From Octopus vulgaris (taxonomy: Eukaryota): a stretch of DNA of 64,000 bases. The stretch is taken from NCBI GenBank assembly GCA_951406725.2, contig OX597817.1, forward strand, positions 158,410,001-158,474,000, written 5' to 3'. The notes under the pieces were generated by a model. It had not been told where the DNA came from. It ran no database searches and saw nothing but the letters and a program-made list of their open reading frames with translations. How positions within the stretch are numbered: position 1 is the stretch's first letter; every line of letters begins with the position of its first letter. Position numbers and translations under genes: made by a program. Positions 12,087 through 24,066 of this stretch are shown here, piece after piece.

Positions 12087-12277
12087 TAATAATAATAATA
12101 ACATCGAAAAATAACTTAGGAACGAGAACCCAGGTTCGAAATTTCCCCAAGACACCTGATGAGGACTGGAGAGTATATCAGCCGAAACGTTGTGTTAACA
12201 ACAAACAAGACGAGGAGAAATATCCGTCAAATGTAAATAATGTACATAATTCCTCATCTCTTAAATATAGAACTGTA
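11877..12277 (+). mobile_element. tRNA-headed SINE-like element with hammerhead ribozyme and inverted copy of its 3' part (Penelope-type architecture)
   Basis: A box TGGCGTAGTGG and B box GTTCGATTCC (11957-12027); (AAT)n linker; hammerhead at 12152-12195; 11877-11956 is an inverted copy of 12163-12243. Confidence 0.7.
12152..12195 (+). ncRNA. Minimal type I hammerhead ribozyme motif
   Basis: ACAC-CTGATGA-G-GACTG..loop..CAGCC-GAAAC-GTT-GTGT: stem I ACAC/GTGT, stem II with one mismatch, palindromic loop-less stem III AACGTT. Confidence 0.7.
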
Positions 12278-12279
12278 TT

Positions 12280-13300
12280 AACATTACTCGACTTTCGTTC
12301 CTTGTGCCGTAGAACACTAACTGTCCTGTAATGCTCACACCGAGTCATTGCTTTTATTGGAACGTCGCACAAGTATTCTGTATTTTTAAACGCGTGGATA
12401 TATTCTTGGTCTGGTGTACGTTTCGTATGGTCACCAAAACAATCCTTTCTGCATAAAAGATTGTTGTCTGTTCTAATAACACCGGGAAGCTAGTACTTTG
12501 CTAGCATTTTTGGACAGATACAGATGATATGGGTGATATCTTCAATACTGGTTTAGCCCAGTCGACAGTTTCACAACTGCCATATCCTGAACGCCTTACT
12601 TCCCTGGGCATGGACACATTGAAATTCCGACGTTTGGCAGCTGACTTGGCAGACACCCATAAAATTATCAACCATCGTACAAACAATAACTCTGAGCACC
12701 TCTTCAAACTCCACCCATCTAACACCCGTGGACATATTTACAAAGTCAGAAAACAGCACAGCTCCCATGACTTCAGGAAACATTTTTTCACGCTGAGAGT
12801 TGCTGAAGCATGGAACAAACTGCCGGCATCAGTTGTTAGTTGTCGGAGCAATGCATCCTTCAAAACTTCCATGCTTCCTGAGATTCGCCAACACTACACC
12901 TGATTTTCTCCCCTCCATAGAAGCATGTATCTGACTCATACATTGTTCGCTTTCCAGACATTTTTACATTACTGCATATGCTTTATATGCACTTTCTAAC
13001 AAGTTGTGGTGCACCTGAGCACTGTATACAATAATTTCATTATTATTTTTTATTTTTATAACCGCCAGGAGAGTTTCGCTGTTGATATTACGCGTTGAGA
13101 GAGACGTTCGCACGGTATTTACTCAGTAGTTCTTCTAACTAGACTGCATCACGGTTGTGTTATTTGTTTACGTTCCAGATTCTTCCTCAAAATGAATTTA
13201 GACCATCGTAAGGAGAAGATTTTACGATCTTGATGGTATGGTGTTTCACACTGCGATATGATGGCCTTACGTTCTGGACAGTAGCGTTGCTACGGTAAAC
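12280..13300 (-). mobile_element. Old R4/Dong-like RLE non-LTR fragment split by a CR1 insertion
   Basis: Minus-strand IEDITHIICICPKMLAKY (zinc-knuckle end) and EYLCDVPIKAMTRCEHYRT align by eye with EYCWNIPINTSVKCKHNRPD at 28325-28385. The part beyond 13068 is assigned by position only. Confidence 0.5.
12577..13053 (+). mobile_element. CR1-clade LINE, 5'-truncated 3' end
   Basis: ORF to 12903: LPYPERLTSLGMDTLKFRR...NTRGHIYKVRK...RKHFFTLRVAEAWNKLPASVV...FK is the CR1 ORF2 C-terminal signature; 3' UTR ends in (ATT)n; imperfect TSD-like flanks. Confidence 0.85.
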
Positions 13301-13400
13301 CGCGGAAGGCAAGCCGCAAAAATGCACCCCCGCCCAATTACAAAATCCACGATATTATATAGTACTTATTTGTTACAAGTTGTTAATGTTTTAAAGCAGA

Positions 13401-13484
13401 GCAAGTGTCTTCTACTATAGTCTCGGACCGACCAAAGCCTTGTGAGTGGATTTAGTAAATGGAAATTGAAAGAAGCTCGTCGTA

Positions 13485-13548
<64 letters not shown>

Positions 13549-13764
13549 TGTATGTATGTGTGTATATGTTTGTATTTGTCCCCACCCAACATCGCTTGAC
13601 AACCGATGCTGGTATGTTTACGTCCCCGTAACTTAGCGGTTCGGCAAAAGAGACCGATAGAATACGTATTACGCTTACAAAGAATAAGTCCTGGGGCCGA
13701 TTTGCTCGACTAAAGGCGGTGCTCCAGCATGGCCGCAGTCAAATGACTGAAACAAGTAAAAAAA
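13401..13764 (+). mobile_element. SINE family A, 5'-truncated
   Basis: Matches the family A body and tail. Confidence 0.88.
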
Positions 13765-13827
13765 CAATATGTGTGTATAAATCTATGTGTAAATCTATGT
13801 ATATATATTTATATGCATATATATGCC

Positions 13828-13896
<69 letters not shown>

Positions 13897-13917
13897 GTCT
13901 CTCTCTCTCTCTCTCCC

Positions 13918-13983
<66 letters not shown>

Positions 13984-14014
13984 GATGAGAAAGTATCTAT
14001 TTATATAAACCTGA

Positions 14015-14427
14015 AGGTGGCAAGCTGGCAGAATTATTAACAGGCCGCAAAAGGGATGCATAGTGGAATTTCGTTCGTCTTTGCTTTCTGAGATCACATT
14101 CCCCTGAGGTCGACTTTGCCTTTTATACTTTTGGGGTCGATGAAATAAAGTACCAGCTAAATACTGGAGTCGACGTAGTCAATTAGTCCTCTCTCTACAA
14201 AATTTCATGCCTTGCGCATATATCAGAAACTATTAATATATCTTTCTACAAGAGGCACAAGGCCTGAAATTTTGGGGGAGGGAATAAGTCGATTACATCG
14301 AGCCCCAGTGCTTGAGGATGAAAGGCAAAGTCGATCTCCGCGGAATTTGAACTCAGAACGTAAAGACGGACGAAATGCCGCTAAGCATTTTGCCCGGCTT
14401 TCTAACGATTTTGCCAGCTCGCCGCCT
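14015..14427. mobile_element. Two old SINE B copies, tail-to-tail (14015-14232 +, 14240-14427 -)
   Basis: Both show degenerate head and central domain with the alternative tail. Confidence 0.7.
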
Positions 14428-14642
14428 TTCAGAAACCATTAATACAGATTTGAATTTATTGTGTTGTAAATGTGTTTGGTGCATGATGTGTCATTCAATT
14501 TTTTTGTGTTCGTCTGACGTGGTCTTCGTTGAAGGTACAGAGCATGGACTCTATGGGATACTCCAGACTGATTCAAATTGACCAGCACCCCACCAAAGCT
14601 AGGTTTCATCTCAGCCTTCTGTATGATGTATCGCATGAGATA

Positions 14643-14860
14643 CGTGGCGGGTATTGAAAAGTTCCTGGCTTTGAGTAACAGAAAACACCGGTAGATCAGT
14701 TAATTATGATTTTATTCAACACATTTCCCTTTCAGATTCATACACTCATTGCAGTGGTCCTTCAGTTTTTCTAAACCCTGTAAAAGAAGTCTGAAGACTG
14801 GGCCTCCAGCCAGGCCTTTTTAGACATCCTTAAAGCCAGGAACCTTCCAGTGCCCCTTCG
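14643..14860. mobile_element. Short mariner-type MITE, family M2
   Basis: TA on both sides; degenerate TIRs CG.GG....GAAAAGTTCCTGGCTTT / AAAGCCAGGAACCTT...CCCTTCG; related copy at 52079-52283. Confidence 0.65.
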
Positions 14861-15309
14861 TAGAATTTACTCGCGATAAAACTGAGACTGAAGTTATCGA
14901 CCACATCGTATTCAGCAGCATTATGACTTTCTAGCACACACCACTAGAAAAACTTTGGACTGCAGCAAATTACGATAGACATCTTCCAAGGAAGCTACAA
15001 TGAAGTTCGTAGACAGGATCACGAGGTTCCGGTGTCATACATATCGCACAGACAGGCCCAGCGTCCGCTTTTTTTCTGAACGTGAAATAAGATTTTCGCA
15101 CCACTTGACCTCGTCCGTTATCATTTATGGTATACCGTCGTACTACTTGTAAACCACGCATCTACTTAAACTCGGATGTGATATGCACCCCGACGTCTAC
15201 AAAAACCCATCCTTCCTTGACTTCCACGACGCGCTTTGGTCTTCCGGTCCCGTTGAGCGGCTTTAGTGCCCTCGTACCTTAGTGTACATGCATTAGCTGG
15301 GCTGATGTT

Positions 15310-15858
15310 TTGGGCTGTCCGGAAAGTTCGTGCCGTTTTATAGCAGCATATCTTTCGACTTATTTTAGAACATGGTTGTGTCCATAAAATAGGATTTGAC
15401 TATACCTCCATTTAGAGCACAGTTTAAGCTTTCTTTTCGTGGAAGAAGGTTTATGTTCTTATAACTTGTGTTAATTTTGTAACCCTTTAAAATGGAAGAT
15501 AAGAAAGTTCATTTTCGGCATTGGATGCTTTGGGAACCAGACAACAATTGCTGCAGCTCGGCTGGGATGTGTTACTCCCACCCTCCATATTCACCAGATA
15601 TTGCTCCTTCGGATTTCCATTTATTCAGGTCTCTGCAAAATAGTCTTAATGGTAAAATTTCAATTCCTTGGATGACGTAAAAAAGATACCTTGAATTGTT
15701 TGCCATGAAAACACCTCAATTCTGGGAAGAGGGTATTTTCAAGTTAAAGGAAAGATGGAGACGCATTGTGGAACAAAATGGTTCATATTTGGTTGATTAA
15801 AAATGTAATGGCAAGTATTTATTGACCTTTTTCGGCACGAACTTTCCGGACAACCCAA
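15310..15858 (+). mobile_element. Internally deleted mariner element, family M1
   Basis: TIRs TTGGGCTGTCCGGAAAGTTCGTGCCG / CGGCACGAACTTTCCGGACAACCCAA; transposase N-terminus MEDKKVHFRH fused to C-terminus HPPYSPDIAPSDFHLF (D34D motif). Confidence 0.92.
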
Positions 15859-15945
15859 TAGTATTTATGCTTAACACCGAAGAAATATTTCGTTTTTGGA
15901 TTTGGTTTGCAAGATTCTTGATGTGAGTTCGTGTGTTGAAGCATA

Positions 15946-16096
15946 TTCTGTTGTGTCTGGGGAGAGTCATTTTCTTTTTGTGCCTTATAGTTTAACACAC
16001 TCACCGCTAAAAATAAGAAATAGTGGAAATTTTACCGGTGAGTGTGTTAAAGTATAAACACAAAAAGAAAATGACTCTCCCCAGACACAACTGAAG
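15946..16096. repeat. Inverted repeat (~68-bp arms) at the end of an unclassified element
   Basis: GTTGTGTCTGGGGAGAGTCATTTTCTTTTTGTG...AACACACTCACCG is mirrored. The left arm extends to about 15885, and a decayed relative lies at 41385-41500. Confidence 0.8.
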
Positions 16097-16129
16097 AAAT
16101 AGCCAAATGTCTTTTAATAGTCTCCTCAA

Positions 16130-16528
16130 TGGATGTGGAAGCACTCTATCGGTTACGACGATGAGGGTTCCGGTTGATCCGAATCAACTGAGTAGCCTGC
16201 TCGTGAAATTAACGTGTAAGTGGCTGAGCACTCCACAGACACGTGTACCCTTAACGTAGTTCTCGGGGATATTCAGCGTGACACAGAGAGTGACAAGGTC
16301 GGCCCTTTGAAATACAAGGTACAACAGAAACAGGAAGTAGTAAGAGTGAGAGAAAGTTGTGGTGAAAGAGTACAGCAGGGATCACCACCATCCCCTGCCG
16401 GAGCCTCGTGGAGCTTTTTTTAGGTGTTTTCGCTCAATAAACACTCACAACGCCCGGTCTGGGAATCGAAACCGCGATCCTACGACTGCGAGTCCGCTGC
16501 CCTAACCACTGGGCCATTGCGCCTCCAC
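16130..16528 (-). mobile_element. SINE family C, tail type 3
   Basis: Same head/body; unrelated ~200-bp tail ending ...GGAACCCTCATCGTCGTAACCGATAGAGTGCTTCC. Confidence 0.88.
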
Positions 16529-16789
16529 GAATCTCCTCTATAATTACCTGTTAACTCCTCAACGTATAATCATTAAAAACTCTAATGCTTTATATTATTT
16601 CATTGTAATCTTTCAAGACTTGTTTCTTTGCCTAAGCGTAATCACGATTGTCTTTTGACGTCGTCGAAGATGTTTTCACAGTAAAGAGAACAGAATTATT
16701 AATCGAACAACTCTTTTGTCCGATGCTTATCTATCATAATGGCTCTCTGCTCAAATAGAGTTGACCGAAACCTCTTAACAATAACAACT

Positions 16790-16922
16790 GCCTCCTCCTC
16801 CTCCTCCTTCTCGCCGCCGCCGCCGTCACCGTCACCACCACAAGCATCCTAATCTTCTTCCTTCTCCTCCTCCTCATCCCATTCTTCCCCTCCTCCTCCT
16901 CCTCCTCCTCATCATCATCATC

Positions 16923-16992
<70 letters not shown>

Positions 16993-17112
16993 CCATCATC
17001 ATCACCACCACCACCACCACCACCACCACCACCACCACCACCACCACCACCACCACCACCACCACCACCACCACCACCACCACCACCACCACCACCACCA
17101 CCACCACCATCA
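16790..17112. repeat. Compound trinucleotide microsatellite (CCT)n-(CAT)n-(CAC)n
   Basis: Directly visible; source of the poly-G/D/V ORFs. Confidence 0.95.
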
Positions 17113-17545
17113 GCAGCAAATGCCAGCATTTTACGAACGGCTTCAATCGGCAATCATAGAGTCTCGGGGTGGTTTTTTTTTCTTTCTCGAGAAAGGCTGT
17201 CTTTATCTGAATTGGTCGAAGTTGATTAAAACACTGCTATTAACGGACGGCCAGATTGGTGTGTGTAAATATTGATTGAGTCAACTTTAACATAAAACAC
17301 TCTCCGCTTTCTTCTGCTTTACCTATTGTAGTAGGGGGTGACACAATAAAACCTGTCTTATAAGGCCTTTTGTTTCTTTTTTATTAATTGAGACACGCCC
17401 TCCTCTGTCGATGAAACCATAATCTCGAGTTGACGATACGGGGTTGGGATGGACGCGGAGAGCGTGTGTGGGGTGGGTACAGTGATATTGATGAAGATGG
17501 TAGGAATGGTACGATGGCAGTGAAGGTGGTGGTGGTACTCGTAGC

Positions 17546-18328
17546 GGCAGTGAGCTGGCAGAATCGTTAGCACGTCGGGCGAAATGCTTAGCGGTATTTC
17601 GGCTGCCGTTACGTTGTGAGTTCAAATTCCGCCGAGGTCGACTTTGCCTTTCACCCTTTCGGGGTCGATAAATTAAGTTCCAGTTACGCACTGGGGTCGA
17701 TGTAATCGACTTAATACCTATGTCTGTCCTTATTTGTCCCCTCTGTGTTTAGCCCCTTGTGGCTAATAAAGAAATAGGTATTTCGGCTGCCGTTACGTTG
17801 TGAGTTCAAATTCCGCCGAGGTCAACTTTGCCTTTCAACCTCTCGGGGTCGATAAATTAAGTACCAGTTACGCACTGGGGTCGATGTAATCGACTTAATA
17901 CCTATGTCTGTCCTTGTTTGTCCCCTCTGTGTTTAGCCCCTTGTGGGTAATAAAGAAATAGGTATTTCGGCTGCCGTTACGTTGTGAGTTCAAATTCCGC
18001 CGAGGTCGACTTTGCCTTTCATCCTTTCGGGGTCGATAAATTAAGTACCAGTTACGCACTGGGGTCGATGTAATCGACTTAATACCTATGTCTGTCCTTA
18101 TTTGTCCCCTCTGTGTTTAGCCCCTTGTGGCTAATAAAGAAATAGGTATTTCGGCTGCCGTTACGTTGTGAGTTCAAATTCCGCCGAGGTCAACTTTGCC
18201 TTTCATCCTTTCGGGGTCGATAAATCAAGTACCAGTTTCGCACTGGGGTCGATATAATCGACTTAATACCTATGTCTGTCCATGTTTGTCCCTTCTATGT
18301 TTAGCCCCTTGAGGGTAATAAAGAAATA
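17546..18328 (+). mobile_element. SINE B tetramer (one full unit plus three head-less 184-bp units)
   Basis: Units restart at GGTATTTCG at 17777, 17961 and 18145; TACTCGTAG flanks the whole array. Confidence 0.92.
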
Positions 18329-18588
18329 GATACTCGTAGGGGTGATGGTGGAGCCGGTGGTAATTGTAATGATGGGTGGTTGTGGAGGTGGTGGTTGTCG
18401 CCGGTAAAGATTTCTTTTCTTTTACTGGAGTTTGTTCTCCCACATCGCTTGACAACCGGTGTTGGTTTGTAATTTAGTGGTTCGGTCAAAAAAAAAAAAA
18501 ATGTACTGTGGCCGATTCGTTCGACTAAAAATTCTTCAAGACGGTGCCTCGGCATGGTCGCAGTCTAATGCTTGAAGCAAGTAAAAAA

Positions 18589-18978
18589 TCTATATATATA
18601 AAGTTGAAGTTGTCTGTGTGTGGCAGGTTTGGTAGCCTTCAACTAATACTATCTCCTCCGAGGCCCTGCGGTGCAAGTTGACCAAAATTGAGAATATGAT
18701 AGAAGAAGGCTTATTCTTCCTTCCGTAGAAGAAAAAATTCAAATCGGTCCATGTTAACACCAAAAATTATTTACATCAAAAAGGTGCTTTTTTTCTATGA
18801 AAATCCCTATTTTTTACGATTTTTTGACTGCTGTGTCGCCATTTTTCGGTGTATTTTAACCAGGAAAATGTTCACTTAAAGAGAATAAGAAGCTACATAA
18901 TACAAAATTTTTACTTTTCAAAAATTCCAACTCTAAAGGGTCGAAACAAACCCAAGCAACGCCGGGCGATGCTGCTAG
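18589..18978 (+). mobile_element. Non-autonomous Helitron-like element, family H2, inserted in the tail of a SINE A remnant
   Basis: 5' TCTATATATATAAAG; 3' CCCAAGCAACGCCGGGCGATGCTGCTAG|T; second copy at 51672-52061. Confidence 0.8.
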
Positions 18979-19149
18979 TAAAAGATAAAAGATACCCCCA
19001 CCACCTATATCTTTTCTCTTTCAAAATCAGCCGATCGATCGTTCTTACCGGTAACGTATGAAAAGGCTGGAGCGATTTTACTAACAACATGTCCACCGTA
19101 AACTGTATATCTGGTGGCAAATGTATGTAAGTAATGAGGAAATTCACGA

Positions 19150-19955
19150 ACGCAGTCAGTCTATCAGGATAAAGTCTTTAGAACTTCAAAACCGATTACA
19201 ATGAAGTGGTCAGGTAACGAAGGTGAAAGATGGTCGGATCCATAAACCATTTATGTATGGTGAGTTTGCCCGCGATAAAATATCAGCGCAAGAACCGAAA
19301 TTAAGGTATAAGGACTGCATCAATAATATATTTATTTCTTTATTACCCATAAGGGTCTAAGCATAGGGACAGACAAAGGGATTAAGTCGATTACATCGAC
19401 CCCAGTGCGTAACTGGTAATTAATTCATCGACCTCGAAAGGATGAAAGGCAAAGTCGACTTCGGCGGAATTTGAACTCAGAAAGTAGCGGCAGACGAAAT
19501 ACCTATTTCTTTACTACCCACAGGGGGCTAAAAACAGAGAGGACAAACAGTGCGTAACTGGTACTTAATATATCGACCCCGAAAGGATGAAGGGCAAAGT
19601 CGACCTCGTCGGAATTTGAACTCAGAACATAGCAGCAGACGAAATACGGCTACGCATTTCGCCCGGCATGCTAACGTTTCTGTCAGCTCGCCGCCTTTGC
19701 ATTAAGAATATACTGGTGAAGGTTAGAATCTTGAAAATTAGATTGGAAAACGTCGTTCAAGATCGTTCATCGCCGAGGAGAGCAGTGAATGATGGGAGGA
19801 AGGAATTCGAACAAAATCATATCGAGCGTGAACAGCTTTTATTAAAGGGTCTTCACGTGAGTTTGACTGAGTATACTGGCGCACAATTCAATCTAACATT
19901 TAGCAACTGTGTGCATGCCTGTCTTAGTAATGCAGGCCTTAGAAGTCCCCAAGGA
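19150..19955 (+). mobile_element. Second RTE-type LINE 3' ORF remnant, interrupted by a SINE B dimer
   Basis: Peptides QNRLQ*SGQV...DGRIHKPFMYGE...PKLRYKDCI|KNIL...QDRSSPRRAV...CVHACLSNAGLRS follow the RTE C-terminal pattern. Confidence 0.7.
19333..19695 (-). mobile_element. SINE B dimer
   Basis: Junction GAAATACC|TATTTC at 19503/19504; imperfect 15-bp TSD TGCAT(C/T)AA(T/G)AATATA. Confidence 0.88.
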
Positions 19956-20054
19956 ATAGTTGTTTACTTTGCATTATACGGCATCTCTACTTGCAGGAAG
20001 TGTGGAAAAGAATGTGTGTTAGGAGGCGGATCTAAACGTCTTATATATATATAG

Positions 20055-20120
20055 ACGCAGGCGTAGCTGTGTGGTAAGAGGTTTGCTTCCCAACCACATG
20101 GTTCCGGGTTCAGTCCTACT
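20055..20120 (+). mobile_element. SINE A tRNA-like head only
   Basis: GCAGGCGTAGCTGTGTGGTAAG...GGTTCAGTCC. Confidence 0.7.
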
Positions 20121-20784
20121 TCAAAGGCCGCCCGTAAGTTAAAGTGTGATGTTAGAAAGTTCTGTCTGTTATTTCTAGCAGATCAAACGTCTACGTAGAG
20201 GCTCCCTCGTGGACTCGATTTCTCTCCCATGAAAAATCAGACACCTAGCCTGGCCTACTCTAGCCTGGACTGGTCTGGTCTGGTCAGGTTTGATCATGTC
20301 TGGCCTGGTCTAGTCTGGTCTGGTCTGGTCTGGTCTGGCCTGATCTGGCCTGGGCTAGCTGAGTCTCTATGTTACAAATCACTAATCACATCAACGACTG
20401 CAGTAATAGCAACAAGAACAATCACATAAAAAGAACTAAATCCATATTTACTAACAAACACAATTCTCATGAGGCTGGTTCCTCTGTTCTCTCTCTCTCT
20501 TCCTTTTTTTCTCTCTCGGTCTGTCTTCTCTCTCGCTCTGTTTCTCTCTCTCTCTCTCTCTCTCCTCTTTCTCACTTTCTCTCTTCTCTCTGCCTTTCTC
20601 CGTTTCTTTCTCTCTTTCACACAGTCTCTACAGCACCATCTCTCTCTCCCACTCTCCTTATTTCTTTTTATGTCTCTCTTCACATTGATGTCGAATTATA
20701 TAAAGTAGACCAGTTTGATAAATTCGACAAATTACTAAGTAAACATCAATCCCAGAAAGTACTATCAGAAACCACATAAACAGG

Positions 20785-20859
<75 letters not shown>

Positions 20860-21056
20860 TCATGCATATATCCATCGAAACCTCCAGCTTCAAGACCCAG
20901 ATTATAAATTCACATTTAAACCAATAAATAGAATTCGAAGGGTTTCCTTAGTCCAGCGGTAGAACGCCTGTGATGTCCACATCCATCCATCCATCTCTGT
21001 CTGCCTGTTTGTCTGTGTGTCTATCCGTCCATTCATCCATCCCTCCGTCCGTCCGC

Positions 21057-21177
<121 letters not shown>

Positions 21178-21203
21178 CGTCCGTCCGTCTGTCTGTCTAT
21201 CTG

Positions 21204-21254
<51 letters not shown>

Positions 21255-21255
21255 G

Positions 21256-21321
<66 letters not shown>

Positions 21322-21741
21322 AATCTATCTATCTATCTATGCCGGTGCCTCAGCATGGCCGCAGTGTAATGACTAAAACAAGCAAAGGACAGACGGTAGA
21401 AGACACATTACACGCTTTCATATATATTACACATATATGACTGCAAACAGCCGACAGGGCAACGAAGTATAAATGGAGAAGTTCACAAAAGAAAGAACAG
21501 CATCGAGGACTGTACTGATGATAGTAAGTGGGGACAGTGGCGGCAGTGGTAGTTGTGATGGTGTTGATGATGATAATGATGATGATAGTGTTTGTGGTAG
21601 TCGTAATAGCTATGGTGGTGTTGAAGGTGGTGTTGGCGATGTTTGTGACGGGCTGTAGGTAGCGCTGGTGACGGCGGTGATTGATTGCAGGGTTCGTGAT
21701 GGTGGTGATGATTGGTGGTAGCTGCGTTGGTGATAGTGATC

Positions 21742-22156
21742 TATTTCTTTATTATCCACAAGGGGCTAAAAACAGAGGGGACAAACAAGGACAGACAAAC
21801 GGATTAAGTCGATTACATCGACCCCAGTGCGTAACTGGTACTTAATTTATCGACCCCGAAAGGATGAAAGGCAAAGTCGACCTCGGCGGAATTTGAACTC
21901 AGGACGTAACGGCAGACGAAATACCCACTTCTTTACTACCCACAAGGGGCTAAACACAGAGGGGACAAACAAGGACAGATAAACGGATTAAGTCGATTAC
22001 ATCGACCCCAGCGCATAACTGGTACTTATTTAATCGACCCCGAAAGGATGAAAGGCAAAGTCGACCTCGGCGGAATTTGAACTCAGAACGTAGCGACAGA
22101 CGAAATACTGCTGCGCATTTCGCCCGGTGTGCTAACGTTTCTGCCAGCTCGCCGCC
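21742..22156 (-). mobile_element. SINE B dimer
   Basis: 184-bp head-less unit plus full unit; 16-bp TSD GTTGGTGATAGTGATC. Confidence 0.92.
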
Positions 22157-22487
22157 TTTGTTGGTGATAGTGATCGTGGTGGTCGTAGGTGGTCGTAGGC
22201 TAGATATAATGGCGATGGTTGTTGTTAGGCGAGGTGTTGATGGCAGTTTTAGTAGTGGTGGAGATGGTGGTAGTGGTGGTTGTGCAGGGTGAGTGAGGAC
22301 TATTCCAGTTAATTGCTGCATCAGTCAAACACTAAATATCTCCGGTAAGGGCTGATCAAATAATCAACAGTCTGTTTAGTGGCCACCTGCAACATCACCA
22401 GCTCTGCTCACACTCTACTCTCGACCTACCAGCCAATACCTGCCGACCTATCTTCCCTCTAATACCTACCAATGACCCCATTCACTT

Positions 22488-22594
<107 letters not shown>

Positions 22595-22624
22595 GCCTGC
22601 CTGCCTGCCTGCCCGCCCGCCCGC

Positions 22625-22698
<74 letters not shown>

Positions 22699-22711
22699 GT
22701 CTGTCTATCTG

Positions 22712-22793
<82 letters not shown>

Positions 22794-22829
22794 ATCTTCC
22801 TACAAGCACATTTCTTACGTATGAACGTA

Positions 22830-23388
22830 TTGGGCTGTCCGGAAAGTTCGTGCCGATTTTTGAAGGAAAGAAAAAGGTCAATAAATACTTGCCATTACAT
22901 TTTTAATCAACCAAATATGAACCATTTTGTTCCACAATGCGTCTCCATCTTTCCTTTGACTTGAAAATACCCTCTCCCCAGAATTGAGGTGGTTTCATGG
23001 CAAACAATTCATCAAGGTATCTTATTACGTCATCCAAGGAATTGAAATTTTTACCATTAAGACTATTCTGCAGAGACCTGAATAAGTGGAAATCCGAAGG
23101 AGCAATATCTGGTGAATATGGAGGGTCGGGTAACACATCCAAGCCGAGCTGCAGCAATTGTTGTCTGGTTCCCAAAGCATCAAATGCGGAAAATGAACTT
23201 CCTCATTTTAAAGGGTTACAAAATTAACACAGGTCATAGGAACATAAACCTTCTTCCACGGAAAGACAGCTTAAACTGTGCTCTAAATGGAAGTGTAGTC
23301 AAATCCTATTTTATGGACTCAACCATGTTCTAAAATAAGTCGAAAAGCAAGATACTATAAATCGACACGAACATTCCGGACAATCCAA
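22830..23388 (-). mobile_element. Internally deleted mariner element, family M1 (copy 2)
   Basis: TA TSD; same TIRs and same deletion junction as 15310-15858; PPYSPDIAPSDFHLFRSLQNSL...WRRIVEQNGSY. Confidence 0.93.
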
Positions 23389-23542
23389 TACTTACCTACC
23401 TATCTATTTGCCTTCTTACGTACGTACATATGTATGTACATATATACCTACCTACGTACATTTGAACGTACCTATGAGTGAACATATGTACCTACTTACC
23501 TTTTGTCTCTCATGCGCGAATGCTCCTACCAACCTACATACA

Positions 23543-23780
23543 TACTCTTTACTCTTTTTACACTTTTACTTGTTTCAGTCATTTGACTGTGGCCATGCTG
23601 GAGCACCGCCTTTAGTCGAGCAAATCGACCCCACGTCTTATTTTTTGTAAGCCTAGAACCTATTCTATCGGTCTCTTTTTTGCCGAGCCGCTAAGTTACG
23701 GGGATGTAATTACACCAACATCGGTTGTCAAGCTATGATTGGAGGGGGAATAAAGACAGACAGACAGACACATGCACACA

Positions 23781-23836
<56 letters not shown>

Positions 23837-23991
23837 TACACACCAAATATATACGTTTTAGTTATTATTTTGCACATTACTTAATCATCGTTATATGTTT
23901 TATCTTATATTTAATCTTTCTATAATATATAATTTTCTAAATGGTATAATTTAATTTTTCATTATTGAATTGATAAAAGGTGATTTTTTTC

Positions 23992-24066
<75 letters not shown>

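Noticed and set aside
16734-17153. Gly/Asp/Glu-rich ORF
   Set aside because: Compound trinucleotide repeat with no domain or splice support.
17546-18328. Regularly spaced repeats suggesting a CRISPR array or hammerhead retrozyme
   Set aside because: No unique spacers and a eukaryotic context; no CUGANGA/GAAA core found in the 184-bp unit on either strand.
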